A DNA stretch of 64,000 bases from Octopus vulgaris (lineage: Eukaryota). Both the position numbers and the translations under genes were made by a program. The stretch is taken from contig OX597827.1 of NCBI GenBank assembly GCA_951406725.2, positions 72,478,001 through 72,542,000 of the forward strand, written 5' to 3'. The number at the start of each line of letters is the position of its first letter. The first letter of the stretch is position 1. Under the pieces are notes generated by a model. It was not told the DNA's origin and ran no database searches. It saw only the letters and a list, made by a program, of their open reading frames with translations. Below are positions 60,230 through 64,000 of the stretch, one piece after another.

Positions 60230-61603
60230 TTACAAGCGTATGGTTGTTAAAAGGGACTTTGAAGATTTCTTCCTTTCCCAGCCAGATCGTATTTTATACA
60301 CATAGTTTCCAATACATGGCAACAACAGGATGAATTTGAGGCAAAGAGTAATCATAGGGATCAGACAACTCAAAAATGTTGAGCTCTTCCACAGACCAGA
60401 TGGTCTCCTGATCCAGTAAGGAAAACTGAAGATGAGCACATGGGCAGTGGCGAACAGAAGAGTGATGTAACCAAGATGACTCTGTACAAACCGCCATTCT
60501 CTCCAGTTCAAAATGTTGCCAACAGACGGGAGTGAAGACAGCCCGACAATAATCATACACAAAATAGCAAGAATGCCTGCACTGATGTTGGCTTCTCCTT
60601 GGAAGTTCATTCGAGAGGAGAAGCTCAACGTGAAATCTGTTGTGTTCTCTGGTAAAGTGATACGAGTGGATTGGAACCAGCCTCCCCAGTATCCGGGAGA
60701 CATACATATTGTTGATATAATGACGTGCCACAAACTGAAAAGCAAAGCATACAAGCCCAGCATTTTTCGAGACTTGAGCCAAAGATCTAAAAAATTGGGA
60801 AATCTTATGTATTTACTGCCGTTGTAAATCTGTAAAAATGCAGCCAAGCACCCAGGTAGGTAAGAGAATGTAAGCAAAGTAATGGCTGTCATACAAATTG
60901 ATTTGTTTAGGAAGCGCAGAGGGATGGTCTCCCATGGGAACCTTTTGTTGTATTTACTGTAGTAATAAACATATTTTACACCAACAAATATATTCCATGC
61001 AAAGAAAACAATGAGCATAAAAATGGTTGCTTTCCCCCAGCCTTGCATTAATCGTGTTGGATAAGCTTCGAGTTCCCTTGCAGCTTTCAGCGACCCGTAT
61101 GTCACTGATTCAAATCCGATCTCGGAGCAAAGCCGTGACACCTTTTCTCTGGCCTCAATGTCATCTGCTGCAATTAAGACTCGACGGCTGCCACCAAAAT
61201 TATCGTCTTCCACAGCATAAGCAGATAAAGTGTTGAAAGCTTTCACAACACGCATCCCTGGAAACTTAGCGACAAGCGTTTCCGCAATCGATTCATCTTT
61301 AAGAATTTCTTCATTGTTCGATATGTCGATGAAAATTTTTTGCGATGATTCAGCGTTGAAATTCTCTAAACAAGAATCAATGTTCCAATGGTGAACAGCA
61401 AGAATGATAATTTCAATATTTTCATTTGACAGGACATCTTTAACGGTCGATAATTTTGCGTCTGCAAGTTCTTTGTCAATGGCTTCCAGATGCCTGCTTG
61501 CAGGATCCCGACTGCCAAAAACCACTTTTAATCCACAACGTAGCATTCGTTTGGCAAGAGCACGTCCATAATCTCCAGTCCCCAGTATTCCTATTGTAGC
61601 CAT
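60230..61603 (-). CDS. STEAP4: STEAP-family metalloreductase (STEAP2/3/4-like), 457 aa, intronless CDS
   Basis: N-terminal NADPH-binding oxidoreductase domain (GILGTGDYG, GSRDP, VVKAFNTLSA) plus multi-TM ferric reductase domain (YLPG, RKMLGL..H, SLPSV, NWREWRFVQS, H..I, IRSGWE). A splice acceptor 15 nt before the ATG (61619) implies a 5'UTR intron. The paralogue assignment is nominal. Confidence 0.93.
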   Translation of the reverse strand: MATIGILGTGDYGRALAKRMLRCGLKVVFGSRDPASRHLEAIDKELADAKLSTVKDVLSNENIEIIILAVHHWNIDSCLENFNAESSQKIFIDISNNEEILKDESIAETLVAKFPGMRVVKAFNTLSAYAVEDDNFGGSRRVLIAADDIEAREKVSRLCSEIGFESVTYGSLKAARELEAYPTRLMQGWGKATIFMLIVFFAWNIFVGVKYVYYYSKYNKRFPWETIPLRFLNKSICMTAITLLTFSYLPGCLAAFLQIYNGSKYIRFPNFLDLWLKSRKMLGLYALLFSLWHVIISTICMSPGYWGGWFQSTRITLPENTTDFTLSFSSRMNFQGEANISAGILAILCMIIVGLSSLPSVGNILNWREWRFVQSHLGYITLLFATAHVLIFSFPYWIRRPSGLWKSSTFLSCLIPMITLCLKFILLLPCIGNYVYKIRSGWERKKSSKSLLTTIRL

Positions 61604-62699
61604 TGTTGACGTGTTATACTAAAACAAAATAGAATGAAAAAGAAATATAAAAAAAACAATAACAAACATGTCACATAGTTTAAATAGGAAATAAAACAAT
61701 TTGTAATCAAACAAAATAGGGTTTTACTGTAAATTAATTTAATCAAATTACAAATAGTTTTATTGTATTTGGAAACAGATTCCGAAGGCATGCAAAAGCA
61801 CTATTCGAGCGTGATTGTTACCAGCGTCACCTTACTGGCATGTGAAAAAAACTTTTGAGCGAGGTCGTTGCCCGTGCCGCTGAACTGGCTCCTGTGCAGG
61901 TGGCACGTAAAAAAACACCATTTGAGCATGGCTGTTACCAGTTACCACCTGACTGGCCCTCGTGCCGGTGACACGTAAAAGCACCCACTACGCTCTCAGA
62001 GTGGTTGGCGTTAGGAAGGGCATCCAGCTGTAGGAACTCTGCCAGATCAGATTGGAGCCTGGTGCAGCCATCTGGTTCACCAGTCCTCAGTCAAATCGTC
62101 CAACCCATGCTAGCATGGAAAGCAGACATTAAACGATGATGAGTTTATACGCATGTGTGTGTCAAAAGCGTGCATTTATTAGTGGTCAGAAATGCTTAAT
62201 AAGTATTGGAAAATATTGCTTTGCACTAAATTTAGGCAATTTGTTTAATATCCACTCGTCTTTCTAGCAATGAAACTGCAGGTGATGTACACGCAAAGTT
62301 TTGCATAAAGACCCAACTCAAATTAGCTTCCATCAACTTTAGGAGAGCAACCATGGCTTTCAGTGAGCTGAGTCAAACCTGGTTTCAATTCCCAACTTTT
62401 CTAATTCATTTTGACTGGTTATGGCTGAAACATCTAACTTCAAAAGAAGTATATGAGTTTTCCTGTCAAATAGTTTGTTTGAAAGTTCTAGAAACTTTTG
62501 CTTGCAGTTATAAAAACTGAAAAATCCAACTTTTGAGCAGAGCCACCCAGTGGTTCATATGGAGCAATATTGATTTCTTCACTACGATTGTTACTTGGTC
62601 TCTTGATCCCTGCTATTTTGGAAAAACACCTATAGACATTCAATGAAAAATCGTGTTATATGATTCCAGCTTCAAATAAACTTAGTCTTTCATTCTTTC

Positions 62700-63310
62700 A
62701 GAGTCAGTTCATGCATAAAATCTGTGAAATGTTTGTTTTCTCAGTGACGAGCATCTACTTGGCAGAGATGGGCATCAAAATTGCCCCTCACAGTCCAGAT
62801 CCCAGACATTGTTCTCTGTGACTTTTAGCTCTTCCCCAAGCCAAAGGAGAAACTCAGGAGCTGGCAAAAACGTTAGCACACCGGGCAAAATGCTTAGCAG
62901 TATTTCATCTGCTGTTACGTTCTGAGTTCAAATTCCGCCGAAGTCAACTTTGCCTTTGATCCTTTCGGTGTCGATAAATTACGTACCAGTTATGCACTGG
63001 GGGTCGATGTCATCGACTTAATTCCTTTGTCTGTCCTTGTTTGTCCCCTCTATGTTTAGCCCCTTGTGGGCAATAAAGAAATAAGAAACTCAGGAGCAGA
63101 CGGTCTGAAGATGGAGGCAGTAACAAGGATCTTGGAGACCTTCAAATTGAAGGACTTTCATGGGGTCTTCATGGTGTGACTGGAGTACCACAAGTAGTGC
63201 ATTGATATCAGAGGACCCTACTTTGAAGGGGATTAGGGTTTTGTGCTTCTTTGAAATGAATAAATGTCTCTCCTGAAAAAAGCTGTAAATATCTGGAATG
63301 CACCCTGTGT
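62700..63310 (+). mobile_element. mariner-like remnant interrupted by a SINE
   Basis: Degenerate HSPD...CDF.LFPK.KEKLR segment near 62790-62860, resuming after the SINE at about 63085 (GAAACTCAGGAGC duplicated on both sides). Confidence 0.55.
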
Positions 63311-64000
63311 GAGTATGTGTGTGTGTGTGAAATAGCAACAATGGAGCAAAAAGAACAAGAAATGGCCAGGAGTGGCTGTGTGGTAAGTAGCTTGTTTACC
63401 AACCACATGGTTCCAGGTTCAGTCCCACTGCGTGGCACCTTGGGCAAGTGTCTTCTACTATAGCCTCGGGCCGACCAAAGCCTTGTGAATGGATTTGGTA
63501 GATGGAAACTGAAAAGAAGCCTGTCGTATATATGTATATATATATATGCATGTGTATGTTTGTGTGTCTGTGTTTGTCCCCCTAGCATTGCTTGACAACC
63601 GATGCTGGTGTGTTTATGTCCCCGTTACTTAGCGGTTCGGCAAAAGAGGCCGATAGAATAAGTACTGGGCTTACAAAAGAATAAGTCCTGGGGTCGAGTT
63701 GCTCAATTAAAGGCGGTGCTCCAGCATGGCCACAGTCAAATGACTGAAACATGTAAAAGAGTAAAAGAGAGAGAAAAGAGATGGGGAACATGAGGAGATA
63801 CAAGTCAACAATAATTTGTAAAGAGATGCACAAAATGTAAACACAGGCACGAGTAATAATAAACAACCTGCACCATGAGTGGTATGCTGGAAAAGAAAAG
63901 AAGTACTCTGACGTTCCGGATGGGCCCCTAATCAAGGTAGAGTTAGAAGCAAGTCAAGAGAAAGAAAGAAAGACAAAAACGATATATATATGCTGTATGT

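Noticed and set aside
60294-61236. Overlapping alternative-frame and antisense ORFs in STEAP
   Set aside because: Shadows of the real coding frame with no independent evidence.
12254-63935. Numerous short ORFs with recurring peptides (RGYSRRHLPK, LQLDALPNANH, SEFKFRRGRLC, poly-YI/HT)
   Set aside because: Translations of SINEs and microsatellites, not genes.

Overview
Eukaryotic, AT-rich, repeat-dense genomic DNA. The SINE/RTE/microsatellite landscape looks like an octopus (coleoid cephalopod) genome; this is an inference, not a database result. Two protein-coding genes lie on the minus strand. (1) A large SFI1 (centrin-binding centriolar protein) orthologue, which I reconstructed by hand as 29 phase-consistent coding exons from 54558 down to 936 (4599 nt, 1533 codons). 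No stop codon is reached, so the last exon probably lies left of the window. It has RFX X-box motifs upstream, one U12-type minor intron and a cryptic 14-aa repeat domain. (2) A STEAP-family metalloreductase with an intronless CDS (60230-61603). Introns and intergenic DNA contain tRNA-derived SINEs, RTE/CR1 LINE fragments, Tc1/mariner remnants, Helitron-, piggyBac- and hAT-like non-autonomous elements, and a 32-bp minisatellite. The most unusual signal is a set of at least six distinct short element families. Each carries a minimal type-I hammerhead-ribozyme-like motif, and most are inserted as fold-back (inverted) structures, some with 12-14 bp target duplications, as expected for Penelope-like retrotransposition. 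One family combines a tRNA-derived Pol III promoter head with the hammerhead. Coordinates of repeats are approximate; exon boundaries were read base by base.
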